Positions 51,101 through 63,800 are shown, counted from the stretch's first letter. The stretch is 64,000 bases of DNA from Leptogorgia sarmentosa (GCA_964658305.1 OZ210884.1:6262001-6326000), one strand, 5' to 3'. Numbers and translations: made by a program. The notes: a model not told the origin generated them from the sequence alone.

Positions 51101-54100
51101 TTTATATGTCAAATGCATTTGCTCAAAACCTAGCCTTCAAAAAAGCCAGCTTTTTGAATTCATGCATCTGTGAAAATAAATTCAAAATAAATTTGTTAGA
51201 AATCTCTAATATACACGGCCAAAGAACATTTGACAGATGAGATTTGTCAAAGAAAATTTGATCGTGTAAAAGGACCCTTAGATGTCATTTTCAGTTAACA
51301 TTCTTTTTCAATGCATGATGATTACCTGCCAAGCTTCTTGTCTGATTTCATGTATTGGTCTTGGAGGAGCATTGTCTTGTTCTGCACGCCTTGGCACCCA
51401 CTGTACACATAGAAAACATTTTTAACAACACCCCAAGTTTCGAAGAACACAATTTATAGGGCAAAACTAACTGCCTTAAGTCCAGTTCACATGAGCGATT
51501 TCGCCGCGATTTCTAGTGCGATTTTCACCTTTTGACGGATGTTAATGAGTCAGTCACGAATGTTCAGCAAAGCACGCACTCACCACATTCGTTATTAATC
51601 CACAGCTATCAAATCACATCTATCAAAAGGAGAAAATCGCAGCAAAAAATCGCTCGCGTGAACGGGCCTTTAATTTAGGAGACCACACCAAAGTCATACA
51701 GTGCCTATTGGCCAACTTCATTGAATTAGGCACAGTACAAGTGAAATATGACGTATGAAACAGATCACAGTGCTCAAATACGCCTTCAAGATATTGGGAA
51801 CTCAAATAAGTTGAGCAGTAGATTACTGTGAGTGAAAATACGTCACCTTATTTTTTCTCAGTTCCAAAATATCCTGCAGCATGAAACGGTTACGGGATGG
51901 AAGTTCTGTGTTATCCAGAATGTGTTTAATACGATCAAAATATTGATCAAACAATGGCTAAAACATAAAAATAAACGAGTCATGTTGCAACACACAATTC
52001 CATTTCTGTGCAGATCATGAAATGTCCGCATGGAAAGAAGTCAAGGGCTCAAACCAAAGGCTAAAATCATGACAATTTACCCGTGCTTTGACAACATCAA
52101 GTAACGCGCCAACTGTCTTCATCAAATGACATAAACATTCCATATCCTCAGATATATCAGCCACCGTCGCACGTTTCTTCTTAACAAGTAACTATACATG
52201 AAAACCACTTATTCTGTCACAGGGTTACATTATATTGAAGAACACTCCTTATAGAAGGCTCACACACGATGTATAATACCGTACATTTTACAGTATCTGT
52301 AACATTAATCAATACACCCTTTCTTTCATTACAAGTGCATCTTAGGCCTTGCCCATTAATCGTCAGCCGATGACTATGCGTCATTTACGAGTAAATGACT
52401 TCTGACATAATCAACATAAAAGGTTCCTTATGAAGGATTTGCGAAGCAAAATCTATGTATGATGATATAATTCAAAGAGTCTAGGATGAATAGACCGTAC
52501 TTTTGAAGTATATTGGTGAGAGTTATTTGAGTATGAATACAATCACTCGCGGACGAGCTTTGTGTTGTAATGTAATTTTTGGCCCTCGACGCGTTTCGGT
52601 CCTGAGACCTTCATCACGAGGGGCTTTTCTGTTGGTTGTTGTTGGTTTTTGGCTGTGTGTATTTTTAAGATGGTGGATGTGCTATATATGTGTGGAAGTA
52701 CCTACAGTTATTTATTATATGGCAAGTGTTCTGAGCGGTCAGTCTGCTAAAATACAGCATCCTGATTGGTTCCTGAGCGGTCGGTAACCTGCAGTACGGA
52801 CCGCTAGCGTTTAGCGACGTCGGTTGTTTATTGAATCAAGCGACAACGAAGACGAAATAAGTTAAAAACATGTTTGAACATTCTGTTCTTTTTTTGTTTC
52901 AACATTTTGTTCTTTTTTTGGTAGCCAATAACATTTTAGAGAACAATAAATAGCTTATTGACGGAGTTTGTTCGATCCGTACTGGAGGATACTGCACGGT
53001 TTCGTTCTTTTCTCGCTTGTTTATGGACCTCGCCTTCGGCTTGGTCTATAAACAAGCGAGAAAAGAACTCGACCGTGCAGTATCCTCCAGTACGGACCTC
53101 ACACTCAGTCAATAACATACTGTATATATATTCACGTATATGAAAATTATTACTATAAACGGGGGGCGATATATTTATGCGGAAATATTTACAAAAAAAT
53201 TTTTGTTCTGTTTGAAGGGTTATATAGATAGGTTATAGTTAGATCACAGTTAGTAACTACAGTTGGGAACCTGGCGAGTGGTTTTCAAATCTTGATATTG
53301 GATGTTGTGCTGTTTTAATGTTCCATTATCTTTCGCCCCGCGAAAACATTCCAGGGGTACGTACTATTAATATCCTTTGTGGTGTCGATAATGTTATACC
53401 AGTGTTCGGGTTTTGTTTGTGTTTTCCCCATAAATCTGGCGCGTTGGTGTTTTAGTCTTGATATAAATCTTTGTTGTTTGAGGAGGCCTGACTAGTATAG
53501 TGATTTGTCCGTTATAGTCGCGTAGTTCGTGTGTTCGATTATGGTGAGTAGATTTGGTAGTATATTGAGTTAGTCGCTGGGTTTATCCCCAGTCTTTTTT
53601 AGCTTGCTGTTAACCAGCATGTCTCTGATATTTATATTGCGTTTGAATGCGACCATACTGTAGGTATATCTGGCCATAATATTTGGAGTGTTGGGTCCCT
53701 TTCTATTAGGTACGTACCAGTGTTTTTTGAGAATCTGTGAAATGTGTGTCGTGTTATCGTTGAAGGGAATGTTAAATGTTAGTCGGTTTCTCGTTTTATT
53801 GGATTTGTCACTGTAGATTATTTGTATTTGTGTTTGTTGTGTGGCCTTTTCGAAGGCCTGATCGATATTGTGACCTTTGTATCCTCTAGTCATTAGGATG
53901 ATTTTAAGTCGTACGAGTTGGTTACTAACAGGTTGTCGTTTGTGATAAGCCTCCTGTAACGCAGTGCCTGGCTTTGTATTATTCCAAGTTTGCAGGAGTT
54001 TGGGTGGAAAGAGGTGTTGTGGAGTAACATTGTTTTATCGGTTGGTTTGATGTAAATGTCAGATTCCAGTTTGTGTTGTTCGTTGACGTATATTTTTGTG

Positions 54101-57100
54101 TCCAGGAAATGTACGGTTTGGAATGAGTATTCATACTCAAATTTGATGGTGTGGTGTGAGTCATTCATGTATTGGAGGAATCGTATTAGAGATGTTTCAC
54201 CATGGCACCATATAGCAAAAATGTCATCCAGAAATCTGATCCATTCAAGAGGTATCAGGCCTTCTGGTGCATTGCTAAGGATTTTACCTTCTAGGGTGGC
54301 CATGAATATATTCGCGTATGAAACAGCCATGGGTGTTCCCATAGCAGTCCCGTGCGTTTGTAGATAGTATTTATCGTTAAATTAAAAGTAGTTGTTTTCA
54401 AGTATTAGTTCAAGTATTTTTTGGATCATTTCTGTGTTGATTCCCGTCGTGTCGTGTTTTATCAATTGTGTAATGGAAGCGTTAATTCCCTCTTTATTCG
54501 GTATGTTCGTGTATAGACTTTTTACGTCTATCGTGATAAGTATGTATTCTTTCGATAGTGTTTCGTTGAGTTTGAAGATGCGTTTGAGAAAGTCGGTCGA
54601 GTCTTTGACATACGATGGTATATGTTGTATGAGTGGCTTGAGATAAATGTCTACAAATTGTGATAACCTGGCGGTAGGAGCTTCACATCCGGAGATTACA
54701 GGTCTTCCTGGCATGTCAGGTTTGTGTATTTTTGGAAGCAAGTATAGTGAAGGCTTCCTGATTGTTTTATCAATAGTTAGGAATTTGTATGTTGTATAGT
54801 CAATGAGTTTGTTGGTGAAAAAGGTTTTGATTGTGTCATTTATATTAGTGATCAGTTGAGGAAATGGGTCTAGATTGATTGGTTTGTAGTTACGTGTGTC
54901 GTTCAGTTGGTTGCTTGCCTCTGGGCCAGAGGACTATAGCGCCCACTTTGTCAGCGGCTTTCACTATAATTTGCTCATTGTTGGATAGTGCTTTAAGAGC
55001 TTGTTTTTCGGCCTTTGATATGTTGTTGTTGGGTATATAGGTTTTATGGTTTGGTTCGTGGAGAGTTTTAAGTTCAAATAAGACGCGGGACATATGTTCC
55101 AGGAGGTTTGTATTTCTGGCAGTGGTGGTGTGAAGTCACTTTTAGGTCTAAAAGGGTGTTTAGTATAGTTTGTTTGTGGCTGTCGGTAATTGTATTGGAG
55201 GTACATATTTCGTCGGTATTGGAGGTATGATGTATAGATGGTATGGTAGTCAGTTGGTCTTGGTTTAGGGGCAAAGGACAGCCCCTTGTTTAATATGCTG
55301 TTGGTAGCATCCGAGACCTCAACATTTGACAAGTTGATTACATTGTCTCCTGTTCTTTGTTTCTGAACTTTAGTCAATAATTGTTTTTTTGTTTTGTATC
55401 TGTTTCCGTTTTGGTTTCGTTTTTTTCTGTAGGTGTGTGAGTAGTTTTGCTTTAGTTACTGTTATTCTCGGTTGTTGTTTTTCTGGTTCTGTCGGAGGTA
55501 GTTCAGTAGATGTGTCGGTTGGATAAAATTTTGTATCTGTTGTTGAATGTGATTAGTAAGTGAAGGATGTGTACTTGTAATGTTGTTTGAAGAAAATTGG
55601 GGTGGTGTATTTATGGATGTTTGTGTATAATGAGGTCGTTGCGATGTGCCGTGAGTTGTTCGTATAGATTGGGTTGCTGTTTGTGGTGGTTTGTGGATAA
55701 GATGTGGCCTTGGTGTAGGAGTTTGTGTTTGTGGTATGTGTATAAGGTGTGGCCTTTGCGTAGGAGTTGGTGTTTGGTGCGGTCGTATTGGCGTGGTTTG
55801 TTGTGCGGTGCCGCGGTTATTCAGAGGTTTGTTTTTATTTTGCTGTTGTTTGTGTGTAAGTCGTTTTAGTTGTTTGTTCGTCTTTTTACGTTGGGCGTTG
55901 TGTTTTGATAGCCATTTTGCCGAGAAGCGTTTGCGCATTTCATCGGCTCGTTTTAAGATTTGTGTCGTCTGTTGTTTATCTTGTACGTTGGCCTTAATTC
56001 GATTTGTAGCATGTGTAATTTTTTCTGTTGTGTTAGTAAGTTTCCGTTTATGTTGTTCTATGAGTATGTCGAGCTGTTTATTGGCGGCATCCCTGGATGC
56101 TTTCACCCATCGTTGGCGTAGGTCGTCGTCGAGAATGATGTGACACTCAGTCGTTTTGTTTAAGCTGTTTGGTAGTGTCCGTCGGTTTTGTGCGTTGTCA
56201 GGTTTTCCAAGGTATTTTGTGTTTTTATTTGTTTTTCGTTCAAGTTGTTCAGGGTATGCAATGTGGTGTGTAGTTGTATATGCAGGTCGGATAGGAGTTT
56301 GTAGGTTGAGGAGGGTGCCCTAGTCTCGTCTGTATGTGGAGTTATATGTTCGTCGTCGTCGTTTGTTTTATCGGGTGTGTTGGTATGAGGGGGTGTTTTT
56401 TGGGTCAGGTTTTGTATTTTTATTTCGGATAAAAATAGCGAATAGTAAACGGGGACGAAGGCCGAGTTGACTATTCGCTCATACGTAGACAACGAGGTCG
56501 AGTTGTCTAATTGTTTTAGTATACACTATGCCTAGAATTGTTTATATGAAGAAAATTTGATAAAAACGTCAGCAAAACGCGAGTTTTCTGCAGCAGCCAT
56601 ATTGTTTTCCTTTGCTTTTTCGCGAACCGTAGTCTATCACAGAATAGACGACGGCTGAATAGCCAATCAGAATGTAGCATCTGTAATAGACGATGGCTGG
56701 GTGTATACTAAGTGACTGTTATATGCTGCTTTTATAGCAAAAAACATGATTCATATCACGCACTTTACGAGTTAAAAATAAAAGTCAATCTCTAACCTGT
56801 TTAATACACTTGTGGAGTATAGCCTCATGTAGCATACCCAGTTTACCAAGTTCACCTAAAATGATACACACGGATACATTCATAGTACATGTTAACCAAG
56901 ACTTCAGTGGATATTTTACCGTAAAGAGCTCCCTCGTATGTACTGTAGTACTAACCAATGAACTTGATGTTGCCAAGCATTTTTCGTTTATTGCTTGCTC
57001 TCTGTTCTTCCTCCTCTGTACTAAGGACGCCATCTTTCTTGTCCAAAGCTAAAACAAAAAATTATATTCAAGCTATGCAAAAGAGTAAAAAGTGAAATTT

Positions 57101-59026
57101 TAAACCTGACCAGACGACAATTTAATAAAATATAAAATAGAACATATTCCGGAGAAATGCATCTTGTAAATTCAATATTCGAGTAGAACAAGAAAGGAGA
57201 CTATATTATGTCGATTTTTGCTTCAAAACCATCATCATTACAGTCTCAACCCTTTCTTGTTCTAACTCGAATATTGAGTTCACAAGATGCATTTCTTCGT
57301 GAAATTAGAAGTCCACAAATAATTTGGAAACAACATAAATTATATTTCATGAGAAATTTACTCACGTTCAACATGCAGTGGTCGTACCTGAACTGGCCTT
57401 AGATCTACTACTGAATTCTTCTTCACATTGCTTGAGCAAAAGGCGACGGAAAGTCTGGAAAAAATTGTGAAACTAAATGCAACCACACAAATGATTCCAT
57501 GGCTGAAAAATACTGCCTCCAAAGTGATTAGAACAAGCCAGAATAAACACTCTGAATGAGGTGAAACTGAGGTGTTAAATCTTAGAATCATCGGTACAGT
57601 TATGAAATCATTATTATCTTGAAGGTCATTTCATTGGCTGTTAAAAATGGCTGAACTGACGTGATTTAGGGCAATGCAAGAAGACCAGGAAGAAGAAGTT
57701 ATGCACCATCAGGAATTGAGGGGGAAATTGTATACTTACAGAGTGACCAGCCTTTCCAGGGTCATCGAAATTAGGAGCAAGTTCAGAGAAACGAAGACAG
57801 AGCTGTGCATAGAGTGAACTGTATTTTGGTTCATCAAGAGCCTTTTCATAAACCTGGAAATACACGGCCATTAGTGTGCAGATTGTACGCTAGATTATCT
57901 CTTCAGAGCTTAGTGTTAATGTGTCTTTGCACTGGGCTGAAATTACACATATGTCAAATTCCATCCCAAATAGTTGAGTAATCAAGAACTTTATAGCTCT
58001 AAGGCAGAATTCAAACATAATGCCTGCGTGTGATGTCTGTGCACTGCTTTGACCACGTTATTGTGTATTTATGGTGATAAGGTTTGCAAGTAAAGGTAAA
58101 TCAGTTCGATTTTTTTTGCACTTCAGTTGATGTGGACAATTTTCTGTAGGCTTGATGTGTCTTCAACAAATTTAACAAGATGCCAACAAAACCCTTATGC
58201 CAGTCACTGCAGGCCAAATAATACAGTACATATCATACTCACCAGAAGAATAATGCCTTTCAATATAAATTTGGTTTCAATACCAACATGAAGAAGCTCA
58301 TCAGATAATTTTTCAAACTTCTCAGGTGTAAGCTTATTGAGGATTCTGTAAGTACAAATACTGTATTGTACTGCACTTCAATTTCAAATTGTCCAATGAA
58401 AAAGCTCAGTTTGTACCATGTGAGCACAAAATTAGTCATGATATCATGCCTCATGTCATCACTTAGCAAGCCAGTGGTCCTTTTAAGTTTTAACAACACT
58501 CCCCAGGGAACATGGGTCATTATTCAACAGGCATAACTCATATTATGGGGAGATTTCAAGCCCATTTAAAAGTTATATTTGGTATAATATATCACTTATA
58601 GACCCTCTGCATTAGGGATTTGTCAAAATATATCAACTCTTAGAAATTGTATATTTTTTGCCAAGCTCATCATGGTGGTGGGTAATTGCAGAAGGGTTTT
58701 TGCTCAAGTCTTGGAATCTTTTTGTATTGTTGTTATCTGCTATCTACACTTGCCATGTACTGTAATCATATGCATTTTACTTTAATATAATGAATCCTAA
58801 GTTGAAGTAGGTACCATATGATTACTAATAAATTCACTCACGCTCTGACTCGTCTAAATACAGCATCATTCGAGTTTTCTGACTCTCGAATGGCATGTGG
58901 AGGTACCCATCTTTGAGAACTAGCTTGTGTAGCAGTATCACTAGGATTGGCTTTGGCACCAGTAAAAGCACCAGACACCTTGGGTACAGACTCCTTTGTA
59001 GAAACTGTAACCCTTTGTCCTTCCAC
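42546..59026 (-). CDS. EIF4G2: Eukaryotic translation initiation factor 4 gamma 2 (NAT1/DAP5/p97); more than 20 exons; predicted GUG start
   Basis: MIF4G exons: QRWVPP...FRRVRAILNKLTPEKF; EKALDEPKYSSLYAQLC; TFRRLLL; KMLGNIKFIGELGKL...ILHKCI; EDMECLC; LPSRNRFMLQDILELRKNKWVPR. Also ISLRP, an MA3 region and a W2 domain (LYALQV; LLRMFVTLYDLEIIEEDAFISWKED...PGKGRALFQVNSWLTWLETAAEES..E*). No long eIF4E/PABP-binding N-terminus. Confidence 0.95.
43505..43548 (-). ncRNA. Minimal type I hammerhead ribozyme (PLE 3' end)
   Basis: GUUGC-CUGAUGA-U CGCG UUUC CGCG U-GAAA-CUCUGA-GUA-GCGAC: intact core, stem I GUUGC/GCGAC, stem II CGCG/CGCG, short stem III. Confidence 0.88.
44765..44808 (+). ncRNA. Minimal type I hammerhead ribozyme (identical inverted copy)
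   Basis: CTGATGA 44770-44776, GAAA 44791-44794, GTA 44801-44803. Confidence 0.88.
44890..45036. mobile_element. Foldback remnant of another PLE end with a truncated hammerhead core, between (TA)n tracts
   Basis: 68-bp arms 44890-44957 / 44969-45036 with one mismatch; + strand CTGACGA-A-GACTTG-AAGCAC-CAAGTT-GAAA-GCTT at 44959-44992. Confidence 0.72.
47782..47913. repeat. Purine-rich hexamer repeat (GAGTGA/AGGTGA) in an eIF4G2 intron
   Basis: Visible 6-bp periodicity; explains ORFs 47727-48033. Confidence 0.85.
51480..51668. mobile_element. Tourist-like MITE
   Basis: GTCCAGTTCACATGAGCGATTT ... AAATCGCTCGCGTGAACGGGCC inverted ends. Confidence 0.65.
52582..52624 (-). ncRNA. Minimal type I hammerhead ribozyme variant (C3 to G) at the 3' end of the decayed PLE
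   Basis: CCCUC-GUGAUGA-A GGUC UCAG GACC-GAAA-CGCG-UC-GAGGG: stems I and II and palindromic stem III present; first core base is G instead of C. Confidence 0.75.
52708..53120. mobile_element. Probable non-autonomous repeat nested in the 3' region of the PLE
   Basis: Different composition; subterminal palindrome TACTGGAGGATACTGCACGG...CCGTGCAGTATCCTCCAGTA; layout resembles the repeat at about 19160-19475. Confidence 0.5.
56445..56712. repeat. Dispersed repeat, homologous to 63254-63632
   Basis: Shared blocks GCCGAGTTG..TATTCGCTCATA..GAGTTGTCTAATTGTTTTAGTATACACT and GCCATATTGTTTTCCTTTGCTTTTTCGCGAACCGT..AGCCAATCAGAATGTAGCAT. Confidence 0.85.
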
Positions 59027-60057
59027 TTTTGTAAACGATGCTAGCACGTTGCAGTTCTGATACGAAACCCCCTAACATGAAACAAAAGAGCTTGTTCAGC
59101 TGTCATCAGTTGGAAAACATCTAAAGGCCTGTTTACGCTAATTAATGTAGTTTTTACTGTGTTCTTTAGTGAGATCTTCACCTTGGTCAAGGTTAAATTA
59201 AACACTGGTTAAATTCAAGTCCTGAAGCCTACTCATTAAGCTACAGTTCTTCCTGATTTGCCTTTATGAGTTAACTATAAAAGGTCAATTCCCAGAAAAA
59301 TGCAACCACCAATATCCACATTCAGGTTCCACTCCCCCCAAATTTTACATTGCTTCTAACAGGTCTGCCTTGCTAACACTGAACAGTTTCTCTTGTCATG
59401 AATGACATCAACCTGACATGTATGTCTGACTTGTGTAAGATTGCCAAATATAGTATCGACAATTCTGGCTTTTGACTAAAATTACTTCTAAGTTGAAAGA
59501 ACATAACCCACCAAAGCAGCTAGAGAGAGCTTCTTAAAATTAGGGAAAAAACTGCATCTATTCATGAGGAAATGATATAAAATACAGAAAACATGGCCTT
59601 GCAATCTTACTAATCCAAAGACATGCTTCCTGGCTGGAGTAATAATTTTGTTTTTCTTGCCTAGGTTAAATTTTGTCTTAAACAGACTGATTTATATTGC
59701 GTATTCTATGATCAGCCACCTGAATCAAAATAATTTCTAATAATTATATCATGCTCAGTCTCTGATCTAATAGTTGTTTTATTTAGTTTATTTTTCGATA
59801 TCTGCTACTTTCAACTCCGACTGTTCTGCAAAATACTCAAAATGCTTGTTTATTTACTTCGTCGAAAGACGTTTGCTATACTTTCACCTGCGTGCTTATC
59901 ACAATTATGTTAAAGAACACAATGAAGCACAAACGTTATAAAAAAATCTAGCCAAACAATTCCATAATTTCCGGTTAAAATCTATTTAAACAGCTCAAAA
60001 TTAAATTCATCGGAAATGAAGGATAAAAAGTCTTGATTCAGTGAGGAAAATACTTAC

Positions 60058-60126
60058 GACTTGTAAGAAAATGCTCAATAAACTGCTAACAGATCAGAAA
60101 CAAGAACGAAGCCGATTCTCCTCCAT
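60058..60126 (-). promoter_or_regulatory. Putative eIF4G2 5' UTR exon with uORF MEENRLRSCF* (60126-60094)
   Basis: Strong donor GTC|GTAAGT at 60058/60057; ATG in AATATGG context; stop TGA at 60096-60094. Confidence 0.6.
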
Positions 60127-60855
60127 ATTTTTTTCGCATGTGGCAAGAAACTCGCCCCAGGACAACGCACTGACAGGTGATCTCAAAGGCAGAACTGGAT
60201 GTGTAATAGCGTAATATGCAAATTATTCTTTTTCTCCTGCGCAAAACGCATGGGTTGACCAACGCAGGAGCGTTGATTCATTGCAGTTAGGTCGTTCTAA
60301 TCCTACCGTATTCTAATCTTTGCTGCGTTTTCAATAGACTTCATAGTGGTGTTCCAAATATAGACCCAGGGGCAGTGCTACGAAATTAACTTGATTTACC
60401 TCAACCCGTTCGCATGCAGGCGTTACCACGCTAAATATACACTCAGGCTCGCTCCCATCAGTTACACCATGTAGCTTGGTGTTCAGACCTTTTTCAATAG
60501 CCCCAATACACTGTGTAAATAAATGGGTTAAAAAAAGCTAAACTTTAAAATATTATCAATGATCAACAGCACAGTAAAGTTATATTCGCAATTTCATAAA
60601 CACCTGAATTGTTTTATTACAGTGATTACATAAAAAGTAGAGAAACTAATTTTGGTTCTGACACATATGCATATCAATTTAAGTAGTAGATTAAATTAAG
60701 ATATATTAAACTAATTATTAATTATTAACTATTAATAATATTAATTATTATTAAGTATTAATTATTAATTAATTATTAATTAGTTATTAATATGAAATTA
60801 AGTAGTAGTCCATACATTCGTGGTCTTCATGATTGGGATTAGTTCGCGTGCAATG

Positions 60856-63800
60856 TTATTCATCATCTTTGCCTTCCTCCTCTTCTATCAATGCTTTTAG
60901 CTGCTCTTCAAGTTCATCATCATCGAAAATTTTTCTCCATTGCCGTACGAACCACGAACACTGCGAGTTCTTGTCTTGTAAATCTGGAACCTCATCTTTA
61001 ATTATTTCTTGTCTAATTTCCATTGGTGAAACGCGCTTAAGATCGTGCAAACCTTTTTCCAATGTCAGGACAAGTTGCGCCTGCAAGTGTTTTAAAAGTG
61101 ATAATAAATAAACATAAGCATTGCATTGACATTGACATTGGTGAAGCTACGGCAGGAGGGCAATGTATTTTTTGACAAGTATTTTTTTGGAGGTTGACAA
61201 GCTGCGCTTGTACAAATAAAATGTGAAATAGACACTTATATGATTGATGCGGTTTTCTTTGTTATTCATAGACCTGTATATAGCATAAATACCTGTTTAT
61301 AAATTCACGGGCTTTATCTGGACAAAGCCCGCTATTGCCGAACTATATCTGGATAAAGCCCGTGGATTTATAAGAACACACCTAATTCAATCATAAAAAC
61401 ACAAGAAAATCAAACACATACTCTCATAAGTGCAAAGCGTATTTCAAACCTTTTTCTTGAGAAAACCTTGTCAATCATATAAGTCAGTTAAATCCCTCGA
61501 ACCTCGGCTGTTAGCCAGATACAGCTAACATCTGTATCTGGTTAACAGCCTCGGTACTCGGGCTTTAACTCAGCATTACTTATAGGAGTTGACAGTTAGG
61601 CTGTTTCTACTTTGAAGACCATATTTCTCATATCTTAGTACCTTATTCATTCTCTTTTCTTCTTTCGATCTCTTCATAATCTCGTTCGTATCGTCAACAG
61701 CAAGACCAGTGAGTAAATTCATGATGGCGATGGAGATCATGAGAATGAAAAGCACAAGAAATATTTTCTGTAAGGCGTGCAGTGGACTACTGGCCAGGAA
61801 GGTGTCGCGGTAATCTATCTCACCAGTCATCATCACAAACGTTGTCAGGAGCGAAACTGGAATCGAATTAAAACCTTGATCGGAAGGCGAAAGCAGAGAA
61901 AATGAAAAAGAATATGCGGCGATAAATAAGACGACCAACGGTAGCACCTGTTGAGAAAAATGAAAGCTTGTTTTTCAAAACTTCAAAATATTAAAATTGA
62001 ATCTAGGGCTTTCAACATTAAAACCTCAAAACTCGTCAACAGCCTTTGCTTGAAACATTTGATCTTAATATGTATTATTCAGGCAGTACATGAGTAGTAT
62101 TTTTGCTGCTTGTATGTTGCAGTTGTCTCTTGCTACCTAAATCTATATACACTGGCCATTCATAATTATTACTATATTGTACCTTGCAAACAGTAAGAAA
62201 AACTCTTTTTGCCATTATGATGTAAATTCCAAGCGATGTAAATCCTTTCAAAAACAAAGAGAAATTAATCCAGCCAAGAAACATTGAAATGGCTCCAGCT
62301 GCGATTTGAATGTCTCTCTTCGTTTCTCCTTGCGGCACCACATAAACCACTGCGCAAACATACATCAGCCATTCAAAGTAATTTTCAAAATTTTTTGCAT
62401 AAGCACTCCTGTCCAGCACGATCTATATAACGCATAAATTTTATACATTTTATACAGTATAACATTTAATTTTGAAGAGACTAGAACATTAATTTTCGGG
62501 ATCCTGCAATCCGAATATGTTTTTTCAAAAATAACGGCTTATCGGAAAGTCAGCATTTATTGAATATTAATTAGCAAGCTTGAGCCGAAACTGTAGCTAC
62601 GACTCTTCGTTTTAGTGAGACTGCATGTATTAGAGTTGAGTTTCCACATATATTTTTACTGAGTGTAGAGCATGCAATGACGTCGACCAGAATATATTAA
62701 ACGAACACGAGGTTTGAATGTCATATTTCCAAGCATTCATTAGCATCGTTCTGTTTCGTCATTCATATATCCGCCCTTTTCTCAGCTTGCTTACTACCAG
62801 AGTAAAGATTCCCCATATTCAGCCTACACGGGATTTCTTCTCCATGCATAGTTTTCCAAACAACTTCTGGTATAAATTCGCTGATTAGCTACAATAACCC
62901 ATCAGGAAACTCTATCATGATCTGTTATATATACGTAGGGACAAACCTGAAATATTTCCTTTGTAAAATGGATTGCGCCGATAACCAAAATAATGACGGA
63001 CAATGCTATCATTCCTGGCGACCTTAGATCGTACAAGCCTAGAAATAAAAAGTACGTACAATATTATACTTGATATTATTGAATTTTTTAGTTCACATAC
63101 AAGGAATTTGTTGTGAATTTATTAAGTATATAGAAATTTATATATTCTCTCAATTCAGACGGGTCTAAATTTTGATCTTTTAAAACAATCCATGTCAGAA
63201 GAGCATGCGAAAAAAGTTGGCATTCACTACTTGAGATTGTATGAAGGTAGCTATTTAACAATTAGACAACAAGGCCGAGTTGTCTATGAGGGAATAGTCA
63301 ACGAGGACGAAGTCCGAGTTGATTATTCGCTCATAGACAATGAAGCCGAGTTGTCTAATTGTTTTAGTATACACTCTATGTCCACAATTATTTATATCAA
63401 GAAAATTCTTCAAAAACCTCAGCAAAACGCGGGTTTTCTGCAGTAGCCATATTGTTTTCCTTTGCTTTTTCGCGAACCGTGGTCTATCGCAGAATAGACG
63501 ACGGATGAGTATAGCCAATCAGAATGTAGCATTTGTAATAGACCATGGTTGGGTGTATACTAACACGGAATAGACAACGGCTGTAGCCAATCAGAATGTA
63601 GCATTTCTAAATAGACTATGGTTGGGTGTACTAAAGTAGTTTAGATGCACCTTGACTTTGAATAGCACCATAGGCTGTTAACGTGAGCAAAAAGGTCGTG
63701 TACAGTAGAAAATTCAAAAAGAGCCATGTTTGAACATTAGCAGTGCAAATCTTCCTGTTCAGGTATCGTATAACGAGTGGGTGACCGAGGCAATCATCTC

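Larger units (their letters stand above)
52540..56440 (-). mobile_element. Decayed Penelope-like retroelement (reverse transcriptase with stops and frameshifts) in an eIF4G2 intron
   Basis: Fragments VINLS..ILNKGLSFAP; IIVKAADK; LPKIHKPDMPGRPVISG; PSYVKDSTDF; DVKSLYTNIP; GTAMGT; RFLDDIF; FLDTKI; YIKPTD; HPNSCK..IIQSQALRYRR; AFKRNINIRDMLV. Boundaries approximate. Confidence 0.9.

Noticed and set aside
59045..59047. Upstream GTG used as start by the ORF track
   Set aside because: Weaker context (C at +4); the GTG at 59026 matches the known EIF4G2 start context better, though it is not formally excluded.
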